Source: SAR324 cluster bacterium JCVI-SC AAA005 (GTDB taxonomy: Bacteria > SAR324 > NAC60-12). From it: a DNA stretch of 64,000 nucleotides. The notes under the pieces were generated by a model, which was given only the letters and a program-made list of their open reading frames with translations, made no database searches and had not been told where the DNA came from. Of this stretch, positions 19,610-28,388 are shown in pieces. The position numbers and the translations under genes are program-made. The stretch is from contig AGAU01000412.1 of assembly GCA_000224765.2 (NCBI GenBank), positions 2,529 through 66,528 of the forward strand, read 5' to 3'. Each line of letters starts with the position of its first letter. Positions within the stretch are counted from its first letter, which is position 1.

Positions 19610-22600
19610 TTAATAGTTACGCGTCAAACCATTTAACAATTGATTGTAAACACTGTCTTCAAGGATGGTGAGCATCTCTTGACCAATTGCTGTTTCACTG
19701 AGCTTAGTTTTTACGGCTTCAGGCGTACTCGGGAATTCATCATTCCCTGAGGCATGATCCTTAATACCCCGATACTCCACCAACAGGTTCATCAGAAATT
19801 CTATGCTCGCACAAGACGGATCAATACAAGTGCCAGTAATAACACCATTGACTGCCTCAGCATTTTCGGGATGGCGATACCAGGGGTATTCACCAGCCAT
19901 TGCTTCCCAGGTCAATCGTGTAAGAGTGCTCTGGTTCCAATTGCATCCTGCTGAAGTTTCTTCTCTACAACCTGTTGAGCTAGCCGAAAACTGATCTGGA
20001 TAAGCACTTGTGTAGCCGTAGTGATGCCAAAGGTGGATTGCTTCTTCCAGCAATACTTCTTCAACTCCATTTACTCCTGCATCACCCGAAACCGCGGACA
20101 ACCATGAGTGCTTTACGCCCATGTCTTTTCCTAAGTATTCACCCAGGGCACTAATGATTTCTCCTTCCAATGCTTCATTTGAAGAACTCATCATGTTCAT
20201 CCACGTTCCTGTTGAGCGAGTCTGAAGCAAATTGACGACACCAGTGTCATCAAGGTAACCATCTTGGTTATTATCTAAGATTTCAGCAAGCAAATCCGCT
20301 TGTCGTTGTGTCAGTGCCGTTATATCCAATCCAGCAGGAGATGAGTCGTTACTGTTGGCGACCAATACCCCCCCAACTAGTGAACATTTCTGATAGTTGT
20401 ACTGATTAAGAAGATTGACAGCCTCTGTACCAATTTCTTGACTGAGCGAAGAGCAATCCGAAACTACTGGTCGGGTAATTTCATTTCCTGTGCTACCTGC
20501 CAATTCACTGTTAGGCCCTTCTTCGGCAGACTGGCTGGAGTCACCGTCAGAATCGCTGGTTGAGTCAGTTAATCCAGCCACTGGACTCAATTCTGTCAAC
20601 ACACTGTTACCACTAGCATCTTCACCGTACATGACATATTGGAAAGTGACAGGTTCACCAAATTCATCCGCCAACTCTAGTTGTTCTAGCGTGAACTCTG
20701 GCTCTTGAGTCACCTCAACTACTTCGCTTATTTCAAACCACTCTCCACCAGTTTCAAGATCATTTAAGTTAAAAGCGTAGGTGAAAAATTGAATCTTATC
20801 CTTGGGCTTTAAAATTTTTGTTGTTTTATCGATTAGGATATATCCTTCTTCGTCATTATCATCCCTGAACTGTAGTTTGTAGGTTTGGATGCCATATTGG
20901 GTGACCGCACTGTTCTCATCAACTACCAATCGGAGCAACGCGTAGTCAGCAGGAAAATTATAACCCAATGCTTCATAGTTCTTTTCTGAGTCATAGTAAT
21001 CAATCTCCCCAACATATACACTATAAGTCTGCCTATCTTCTTGGTACTGATCTTCAAAGTAGAGGGGCATGAAGATTGATTCATCAGTATTCACTTTGAT
21101 AGTATACCAGCGCTGGTCCCACTCTGGAGTGAAGTATTGGCCTTCTACCTGAGTCGGATAAGCATTTAGTTCTGCAATTACAGACAAGTAGGTGCCTTCT
21201 TCGTATTCTTCTGCAATCCCATAGATAGTTCTCACCAAGCTGAGATTGGGGTCTTGAAAAGTTGCCAAGGCTCCTGCTGTTGCTCCACCCACACAACTTC
21301 TGGCGTTCCGGTCAGTTTTCACCTTAACCGTATTGCGCCGATCACCAATTAAAAAGGGTAGGTACCGTAATGCCCGTTTACTTCTTTCTGTTGAGAGTTC
21401 ATCCTCACAAAGTATAGATGAGTCTTCTTGTGCCGTTGACTCCTCTTCTGAAGCAGTATCTTCAGCACCTGCCCAACTAGTGTCCCATTCTTCATCCCAT
21501 TCTTCATTAAAACTTACATTGGCAGCACTAGTGTCTGTTACATAATTTATCACTGTGGGCGCTGTTGTATCGGAAGATTTAGCTATACTGTAAGCTTGGG
21601 CAAATTTGACCCAGTTTTCACTAACTCGCAGCGAATTGTAGTAATCTGTCAGCGCTGTAATTGGCTTTACTGCATTTTCGGGAGCGTCGATAGCAACTCC
21701 CCATGAGTTAGGACGAGTACCGTCTTCTTTGCTGTAGACAACATAATTATCAATCGCAGCAATCAACGATTCTAAGCTGCTCTTTTGATCATCCTCAGTC
21801 ACTCTCTGCTTAGTCAGATGACTCATATGCTTCAAATCAACAGAGGAGCGGGTACCAGATTGGGCTGATTTCCCGTATGCTTGAGTTTTTGATGTACTAT
21901 TGTTTAAAGCGCCAATGACTGCTTGATCACTTACCTGAAGTTTGCCAGTTAGATTAACCAGCACAGAATCTAATTGGGAGACCACTTCATCGTACTTATT
22001 CAAGTCAACCAGGGAGAGTGTTTTCCCAGAGTCTTCATAAGGATGGGAACCTTTGGCAACAAAGTTATCGATTATATTTTTTGCCGCAGCGGTGGCATTG
22101 TCTGCTGCACCGTAAGATTCTAGGACATTTTTCCAATTCCAGCCATGACCAGGTTCTAGTTCTTCAGAAGCCAGCAGAAAATTAGCTTTGCCTTTAACAG
22201 CTTTAGCCACTTCCAGAGTAGCCATCAAGCAAGAGTCGAAGCCAATCACATCGTAAGTTTGATTGGCCGTAGCTAGTGAATCCTCAATTTCTTTGAGTTG
22301 CAAAGGATCACCATTAAAATTTTGATCGTTTCCAAAACCTTCAAGGTTGGCACCGTGGTCCCAGAACACAAGCATTCTCTGATCAAAATCGGTGTATGCG
22401 TCTAGAAAGCTGAGAAACAACTTCAATGAACTGGCGTCACCCATGTGAGCGTCAGGAGCTACATATAAATATTCGTCTGATGGCTCGTTGCTAAAGGCAC
22501 CGTCCGAAGAGTCTTTTCGAATCTGCTCCAGATTGGCAAACCACATTCCTTTCCAATTGGACGCTCTTCCAAAGGCAACTACTACTTCTAAATTATTTAA

Positions 22601-22876
22601 TTCTGCACCTGTGGCTGCCACCATTTCCTTGAGGTCAGTAGTACCGTAACCATTGTTCCCTTCTAAATCACTGCCCACCATATAAACTGCGAGTAATTTT
22701 TTACCTTCACCATCTACCTCTGATGGAACTAGCGGAGCAAGTGTGCCTGCACTGGATGAGTGCCCTAACTTGCCAGCTCTGGGCTGAACTGTAACTGTAT
22801 TGGGCTTAGTAGCTTTTGTTCCTGATTCACTACTGCTATCACCTCCACTACAGCCTGATAAAATTAGTAGTAGCAA
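19610..22876 (-). CDS. large surface lipoprotein with N-terminal clostripain-like (peptidase C11) cysteine protease domain and an unassigned C-terminal module
   Basis: 1088-aa ORF. The C11 His/Cys dyad context is VFWDHGANLEGFG and IGFDSCLMATLEVA, followed by ASEELEPGHGW. Lipobox is LILSGC. The reading frame stays open upstream to 22921 (DIQIPKKIQLLFGLS), so the real start is probably non-canonical (ATA at 22910-22912 or 22916-22918). Confidence 0.8.
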   Translation of the reverse strand: MLLLILSGCSGGDSSSESGTKATKPNTVTVQPRAGKLGHSSSAGTLAPLVPSEVDGEGKKLLAVYMVGSDLEGNNGYGTTDLKEMVAATGAELNNLEVVVAFGRASNWKGMWFANLEQIRKDSSDGAFSNEPSDEYLYVAPDAHMGDASSLKLFLSFLDAYTDFDQRMLVFWDHGANLEGFGNDQNFNGDPLQLKEIEDSLATANQTYDVIGFDSCLMATLEVAKAVKGKANFLLASEELEPGHGWNWKNVLESYGAADNATAAAKNIIDNFVAKGSHPYEDSGKTLSLVDLNKYDEVVSQLDSVLVNLTGKLQVSDQAVIGALNNSTSKTQAYGKSAQSGTRSSVDLKHMSHLTKQRVTEDDQKSSLESLIAAIDNYVVYSKEDGTRPNSWGVAIDAPENAVKPITALTDYYNSLRVSENWVKFAQAYSIAKSSDTTAPTVINYVTDTSAANVSFNEEWDEEWDTSWAGAEDTASEEESTAQEDSSILCEDELSTERSKRALRYLPFLIGDRRNTVKVKTDRNARSCVGGATAGALATFQDPNLSLVRTIYGIAEEYEEGTYLSVIAELNAYPTQVEGQYFTPEWDQRWYTIKVNTDESIFMPLYFEDQYQEDRQTYSVYVGEIDYYDSEKNYEALGYNFPADYALLRLVVDENSAVTQYGIQTYKLQFRDDNDEEGYILIDKTTKILKPKDKIQFFTYAFNLNDLETGGEWFEISEVVEVTQEPEFTLEQLELADEFGEPVTFQYVMYGEDASGNSVLTELSPVAGLTDSTSDSDGDSSQSAEEGPNSELAGSTGNEITRPVVSDCSSLSQEIGTEAVNLLNQYNYQKCSLVGGVLVANSNDSSPAGLDITALTQRQADLLAEILDNNQDGYLDDTGVVNLLQTRSTGTWMNMMSSSNEALEGEIISALGEYLGKDMGVKHSWLSAVSGDAGVNGVEEVLLEEAIHLWHHYGYTSAYPDQFSASSTGCREETSAGCNWNQSTLTRLTWEAMAGEYPWYRHPENAEAVNGVITGTCIDPSCASIEFLMNLLVEYRGIKDHASGNDEFPSTPEAVKTKLSETAIGQEMLTILEDSVYNQLLNGLTRNY

Positions 22877-22940
22877 AGAAAGACCGAAGAGTAATTGAAT
22901 TTTTTTCGGTATTTGTATGTCTTACTTCAGATGAATATTA

Positions 22941-23066
22941 ACTAAAAATAACTAAAAATAACTAAAAATAACTAAAAATAACTGAAAATAACTGAAAATA
23001 ACTAAAAATAACTAAAAATAACTGAAAATAACTGAAAATAACTGAAAATAACTAAAAATAACTAAT
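22941..23066. repeat. tandem 10-bp A-tract repeat array (ACTRAAAATA x12 plus a partial unit)
   Basis: Counted directly: 12 perfect head-to-tail 10-bp units at 22941-23060 in two variants (A or G at position 4, order AAAAGGAAGGGA), then a partial unit. The array lies between the stop of gene 23052-24020 and the start of gene 19610-22876. Confidence 0.92.
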
Positions 23067-24020
23067 ATCACTTAGAGTAATAGATCGAAAACCATAATTT
23101 GCGATAGGCATTTTACTTGTTGGGAATGCGTATTCGGAATTATTAATTAAATCGTATATGGTTGGATCTTGCTCCTGCAGTTTTAATTTTGTGTGTGGAC
23201 ACCACTCAGTTTGAGCTTTCTGGCGTCCAGCTTCGGAAGCATGCATGCCAAAATTAGAACTGACTGCCCAGTAGATGTATTCCGTGATCATAGTTGCATA
23301 GTCAGCAGTATTGTCCTCGTAAAAATACCATGCCTCATCTGAGCCACCTACCTTACCCGCATTCGCACAGTCAGAGTTGTTGTAAATCCAAGCACCATTT
23401 GTGAGCTGAGTTTGTCGGCCACCTCTGGCAACATCCATTGCCTTCGCAAGTAATGATGTTGATTCATTAGATTCACCAAATATTTCAAGATATACTTTAG
23501 AGTATCCAAATTGAGTAATTAAATGAAATATTTCTTCTATACTGGCATCATGTTGATCTGCTGACTCATAGTTGACAGTTGTTTCGAAAGCACCAAGTCC
23601 TGTGCTGCTACTATCTAGTCCTAGTTTTTCCAGGGGCTCCATTAATATTTCTGATTCATCTAAATTATACATTGAAACAAAAGCTTCTAACTCATTTATC
23701 TTTTTTACGACACAAGTATTGTCAACTTCTCCATTTTCGTTATTGTCAATGAGTTCTGCCATAACATTGGCGGCATGTATCAATTTATCTTCACTAACTC
23801 CAGTTGTTGCTAAAATATTTATACCAAAAACGCTTATCCCTTTAGTGAGTCCAGATGATTTCGCAGTAGACAATGACAGCGTGTTACCTGATGTAAAATT
23901 CACATTCGAAACAGGAACACTATTATAACTGCAACTTGTGGAAACAACTCCAATATTTTCATCGTTACTATTTTCTCCCAAATCACTATCATTTAAAGTA
24001 ATTGTAGAATTATCTTCCAC
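23052..24020 (-). CDS. lipoprotein paralogous to the C-terminal module of the neighbouring C11 protein
   Basis: 322-aa ORF that aligns by eye with aa ~850-1088 of the 1088-aa protein (AELIDNNENGEVDNTCVV vs AEILDNNQDGYLDDTGVV; IEEIFHLITQFGY vs LEEAIHLWHHYGY). The frame is open upstream to 24119 and encodes IKKNKILYFYSILLLILSSCSGRDSS, a lipoprotein leader starting at ATT 24117-24119. Confidence 0.7.
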   Translation of the reverse strand: MEDNSTITLNDSDLGENSNDENIGVVSTSCSYNSVPVSNVNFTSGNTLSLSTAKSSGLTKGISVFGINILATTGVSEDKLIHAANVMAELIDNNENGEVDNTCVVKKINELEAFVSMYNLDESEILMEPLEKLGLDSSSTGLGAFETTVNYESADQHDASIEEIFHLITQFGYSKVYLEIFGESNESTSLLAKAMDVARGGRQTQLTNGAWIYNNSDCANAGKVGGSDEAWYFYEDNTADYATMITEYIYWAVSSNFGMHASEAGRQKAQTEWCPHTKLKLQEQDPTIYDLINNSEYAFPTSKMPIANYGFRSITLSDISYF

Positions 24021-24234
24021 AGTATTATTGTCATTATTAATTGAACTATCTCTTCCACTACAACTTGATAGAATCAGTAATAATATAGAGTAAAAATATA
24101 GTATTTTATTTTTTTTAATATGTCACCAATAGGTTAATTAAATTAGGGTTATATTCTCTTTATTTTATGAAATAAATTTTTTACTTTACTGAATTTATTT
24201 TTTTCAATCTATTCCCCTAGCTACTCACTGGTCC

Positions 24235-24774
24235 TCAACGAATAAACTGCTCAACATATTCTTCTCCTAAGCCAACTTTAATATAGTGTTCGCGACACTT
24301 GGCGATCCGGGTGAAGACGTCGTCAAATCCCGTGCTGTTTCCATCAGGGTCACAGTAAATCATTGCTCCATTGACCTGAAAGAGAGTAATCATCTCATCC
24401 ACATCTGGATCGACCACTAGTGTGTGCGTTTCTCCAGGCGCCTCGTAGACATAACCTCCTTCTTCCGCAACCCAGTCGTGTTCCAGGTAACGCCAACGGC
24501 CTTTCAGCACATAACCATGAACTGGTTGAGGATGACGATGGCGGGAAAGCACACCCGCCTTGCGAACACGCAGAAGGTTCATCCAGTAGCCTTGGGCCGC
24601 AGATAAACAGAGTGGTCTGAACCAAACGTTCTCTTCCAAAGGAACCCAAACCTTCTCATCACTTGGAATCACGCTTGAAATCACTAACTCAGGTGGAGAT
24701 TCCTTGGGCATTGGGTGTCGATAAGGTTGCCATTTTTCAGAAACAAGGGGATTTCTTTTTGTCATCACTATCAC
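24235..24774 (-). CDS. cupin-fold protein, 2,4'-dihydroxyacetophenone dioxygenase-like
   Basis: 179-aa ORF. The pattern LRVRKAGVLSRHRHPQPVHGYVLKGRWRYLEHDW...YEAPGETHTL matches the cupin metal motifs of this family. Confidence 0.75.
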   Translation of the reverse strand: MIVMTKRNPLVSEKWQPYRHPMPKESPPELVISSVIPSDEKVWVPLEENVWFRPLCLSAAQGYWMNLLRVRKAGVLSRHRHPQPVHGYVLKGRWRYLEHDWVAEEGGYVYEAPGETHTLVVDPDVDEMITLFQVNGAMIYCDPDGNSTGFDDVFTRIAKCREHYIKVGLGEEYVEQFIR

Positions 24775-24791
24775 TCCAAATGGGAATTGGA

Positions 24792-25516
24792 TCAGGTAAT
24801 CAGATAGCCACCGTCCACAGGCAGCACTACTCCAGTAACAAAGCGAGCTGCGTCACTGGCCAAAAACAAGACCGGCCCTGCGATGTCTTCTGGCTCTCCC
24901 CAGCGACCCAATGGTGTCCGCGAGAGGATGGCTTCTGAGCGCTGAGAATCGTCTTGCAGAGCCTGGGTGAACTGTGTGGTGATCCAACCGGGAGCCACTG
25001 CATTGGCTCGGATTCCATCAGGTGCATACGCAATTGCCAAGCTCTTAGTCAATTGAGCAATTCCTCCTTTGCTCGCGCTATATCCTGGTACCAAGCCCCC
25101 ACCAAAAAACTGAGCATCGATGCAGTGTTGATAATGCAACCATTGCGTTGCTTCAGCTTCTCTCGAGCCGCAGTACAAAATCTCATGCTACCATTGAGGT
25201 TGATATCAATCACGTCTGCAAAAACCTCTGGCTCATGCTCCGCGTTACGGCGAATCACTCCGGCACAATTGACTAGTACATCTAATGAATCAATCTCATC
25301 AATACAGGCTTGAACAGCACTCCCATCCCGCACATCCAATTCCTGAAAGCTGATTTCATTTGATCCTGACTGAGCCTGAGCACGTTCCACCTCCTCCTTG
25401 GTTGCCCCTGTTGCAATTACTAGATCTCCGTTTGCCACAAATAATTGGGCAATTGCAGCTCCGATCCCACTGCTGCCTCCAGTCACTAAAACCTTTCGCT
25501 TGCTACAATGACTCAT
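24792..25516 (-). pseudogene. short-chain dehydrogenase/reductase with a 1-nt frameshift in a homopolymer
   Basis: The N-terminal ORF (VLVTGGSSGIGAAIA ... IINTASMLSF) and the C-terminal ORF (FFGGGLVPGYSASKGGIAQLTKSLA...) are one SDR split at the A6 run at 25104-25109 (T6 on the coding strand). One extra T restores SMLSFFGGGLVPGYSASK. Confidence 0.75.
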
Positions 25517-25642
25517 CGATATACCTATAAATTTTCAGGAGAAATTTCATTGGGAGGGCCCGCAACTGCTGCAATCCAAATTTTGCAGTAGTGGAGCAGC
25601 AGCTCTATAAAATCGGTAAGAATTAATTGCTGAGAGGCTGAC

Positions 25643-25852
25643 TCAGGACTTCAGCACACGTAGTAAGGCTCTCCTACGAGCTAGGACACTCTTGCTCAGC
25701 GCAGCTTCAGGAGCAAACACTTCAGAGGCATGATAGGCGCCAGGATACACATGAAGTTAAGTTGGAACACCGGCCTGGATCAATCGAGCTGCAAACTGAA
25801 TGTCCTCATCCCGAAAGAGATCCAGTTCGCCAACATCAATGAAGGTTGAATG
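25643..25852 (-). pseudogene. C-terminal remnant of an alpha/beta-hydrolase fold-3 esterase/lipase with an in-frame TAA
   Basis: My translation reads [66 protein letters not shown]. This is the typical C-terminus of the Abhydrolase_3 family (D and H of the triad). TAA is at 25757-25759 and there is no N-terminal part. Confidence 0.6.
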
Positions 25853-27088
25853 AAGTGGGTGATATAGTCCAATCGATTTGTGCAGACTCCTGATGAAAGA
25901 CCAAAAGCCGTTCCATTTGCCACCTGAATTGCTTCGTCAATGTCCTGAATCCGAATGATGGGAATCACAGGCCCAAAGGTTTCCTGCTTAACTAGTTCAC
26001 AGTCCCAAGGGACATGATCAACAACCGTGGGAGGGAATACCGCTCCCTGACGATTGTTTCCGTACAACAACTTGGCACCTGTGGCGACTGCGTCTTCCAC
26101 TCGACGCTGAAACAAAATGGCTGACTGCTCGTTGATCACGGTTCCCACATCCGTCTGTGGATTCATTGGGTCGCCGTATTTGAGCTTCTTGGCTTTCTCG
26201 GTTACCAGCTTCACAAAGTCATTGGCAATCGAATCAATCACCAAGATTCTTTTCACCGCTGTACAACGCTGCCCTGAATTTTTGGTAGCTCCCTCGAAAG
26301 CGAGGGTCGCTGCACGGTCTAAGTCAGCATCTTCCATAACGATCAGGGGAGAGTTGCCACCCAGTTCTAATACGATTCGGCGATAACCGGCCTTCTCAGC
26401 AATCATTTTCCCGACTCGAACACTGCCGGTGAATGTGACTAGATCAATGAGTGGGTTACAGATTATCTCATCGCCAATGTCTTCAGGTCTCCCGGTGACC
26501 ACCTGGAACATTGCTGGGGGCAGATCGGCTTCGTAGAGTACATCGGCCAGTAGCAGTGCAGTCAGGGGAGTCAGTTCTGTCGGTTTGCATACCATTCGAT
26601 TGTTGGTGGCAATGCTGGGCGCAATCTTGTGGGCCACCATGTTCAACGGATGGTTGAAGGGGGTGATAGCACTTCACCCCCTTCAGTGGCTCTTGCTGGG
26701 TGAAGATTTTTCGCTTCTGACCACGTGGTGTCAGGTCACATGAGAAGATCTGGCCATCATCTAGGATGCAGAGTTGGCTTGCGAGACTAAAGACATCGAA
26801 GGCGCACCCCACTTCGTACAGGGAATCTTTCTTTGAAAGTCCCGCCTCTGCTGTAATCAGGTCTGAAATTTCATCCCGCCGTGCTACCAACAAATGCGCT
26901 GTCTTGGTCAAAATTTGCTGACGCTCATAGCGAGTCAACTTGGGTTTAAATTCCTTGGCAATCTGTAGCGCCTGCTGAACCTGCCCCCGAGAAGCACGGG
27001 GAACCGTGCCCACGACTTCATTGTTGTAAGGATTGAAAACTTCTAACGATCCAGCATCACCTGAAATCTTCTGGCCACCGATGCGCAT
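25780..27088 (-). pseudogene. phnY: phosphonoacetaldehyde dehydrogenase (PhnY-type ALDH), frameshifted and 3'-truncated
   Basis: The N-terminal ORF ends ...IFTQQEPLKGV and the second frame continues [25 protein letters not shown]...GQRCTAVKR. The shift lies within 26671-26680. After ...[19 protein letters not shown] the ALDH sequence stops and the hydrolase remnant sequence begins, so the last ~60 aa of an ALDH are missing. Confidence 0.75.
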
Positions 27089-27128
27089 CGTTTCATTGCG
27101 TTGTGGTCGGATATGAAGTGTTCATGAG

Positions 27129-28370
27129 CTAGGATGCGTGATTTAGAGCAAGGTCGAAGAGATCGTAATTATGAAGCAAATCTCCTGTTACCTCCACTTG
27201 CTGACTGAAGACAAGTGGAACTTGGCGATCACAAACACCACCGTGTGAGCGGAGTGGTTCCTTGAGTTTGCTCAGATCATGACGTTCAGGTGTTGTTCCC
27301 AAGACCTTGTTCATGGTGGAAACGACAATCAGATCACCAAGGCGATCATTCGGCAAATCAAAAGTCACACATCCTTCCGTGTTTGTATAAGCAGCCTCGA
27401 CTCCTTCAACTTCGGCTAAGCGCCCAGCAAACTCCTGGGCTTTTGTCTTATCAGAGAGGTACACCGTAGCAAAGGAGCCCAATGCGCCATGATGGACTAC
27501 GTAGGGATCGGTGATTGGCAGGATTACTCGGGCTTTTTCTGCACCAAGCCACTCATCGAGCAGGGATTGCAGGTAGAGCACATCCGGTTCACCCGCCTGA
27601 TTGAACTTAGCATTCATGCCGTGGTCGGCAGTCAACGCCAAGGCGGCTCCCTGTGCGTGAAGTTCTTCCCAATAGCGATCCATCATCGCGTAGAACTGAT
27701 TGGCTACCGATGTACCGGGTGCGTGCTTGTGCTGAATGTAATCAGTGGTGGAGAGATACATCAGGTCGGGCCAAAAGGAGTGCATCAGCTTGACCCCTGC
27801 AGCAAAGATAAACTCTGACAACTCTGCAGAATAGACACTAGGAATCGGTTTGCCCACCATACCATGGGCATTCTCGATACCATTCTCAGCAAGTGTCGTC
27901 TCATTTGCTTTTTCCGAGGAGAAGCAGATTGCTCTTCCAGAAGCGTAGTCCAATCCATGACCTAGTAATCGGCGTAGCTTATCCTTTGCCGTCACAATCA
28001 CAACCTTGGCACCTGCCTCGTGGAAAGCTTGAAAGAGTGTCCCAGCGCGCAGGAACTTTGGGTCATTCATCATCACTTCCTGGCTAGATTCAGGATCCAG
28101 AAAGAAATTTCCAGAAATCCCGTGAACCTTCGGTGGGACCCCCGTAACAATTGACAGATTGTTTGGATTTGTGAAGCTAGGGACAACACTGTGTCCACGC
28201 AAGTCGGTACCAGACTCCAGCATTTTTTCCGTGAAGGGCATATGGCCCCCTGCGATTGCTTCTTCGATGTACTCTGGTTGGGACCCATCAATACAGACAG
28301 CCACCAGAGGTTGCCGAGGCCAGGCGTATTCTCTACTGTTTACAGTAAGTAGTGAATTCATTGGAGTCAT
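27129..28370 (-). CDS. phnA: phosphonoacetate hydrolase (alkaline-phosphatase superfamily)
   Basis: 413-aa ORF. The N-terminus VNSREYAWPRQPLVAVCIDGSQPEYI, the length, and the position between the phnW and phnY homologues fit PhnA. Confidence 0.85.
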   Translation of the reverse strand: MTPMNSLLTVNSREYAWPRQPLVAVCIDGSQPEYIEEAIAGGHMPFTEKMLESGTDLRGHSVVPSFTNPNNLSIVTGVPPKVHGISGNFFLDPESSQEVMMNDPKFLRAGTLFQAFHEAGAKVVIVTAKDKLRRLLGHGLDYASGRAICFSSEKANETTLAENGIENAHGMVGKPIPSVYSAELSEFIFAAGVKLMHSFWPDLMYLSTTDYIQHKHAPGTSVANQFYAMMDRYWEELHAQGAALALTADHGMNAKFNQAGEPDVLYLQSLLDEWLGAEKARVILPITDPYVVHHGALGSFATVYLSDKTKAQEFAGRLAEVEGVEAAYTNTEGCVTFDLPNDRLGDLIVVSTMNKVLGTTPERHDLSKLKEPLRSHGGVCDRQVPLVFSQQVEVTGDLLHNYDLFDLALNHAS

Positions 28371-28388
28371 TTTTATAAATTGAATACT

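Noticed and set aside
22941-23066. Possible CRISPR array because of regular short repeats
   Set aside because: The units are 10 bp, directly abutting with no spacers, and AT-only. No cas genes are present. It is a simple tandem repeat.
25780-25852. The C-terminal 24 residues of the track ALDH ORF ([21 protein letters not shown]) as a genuine protein tail
   Set aside because: The ALDH homology ends before this stretch. The same DNA read in another frame gives the conserved esterase C-terminus, so the tail is a by-product of a deletion junction.
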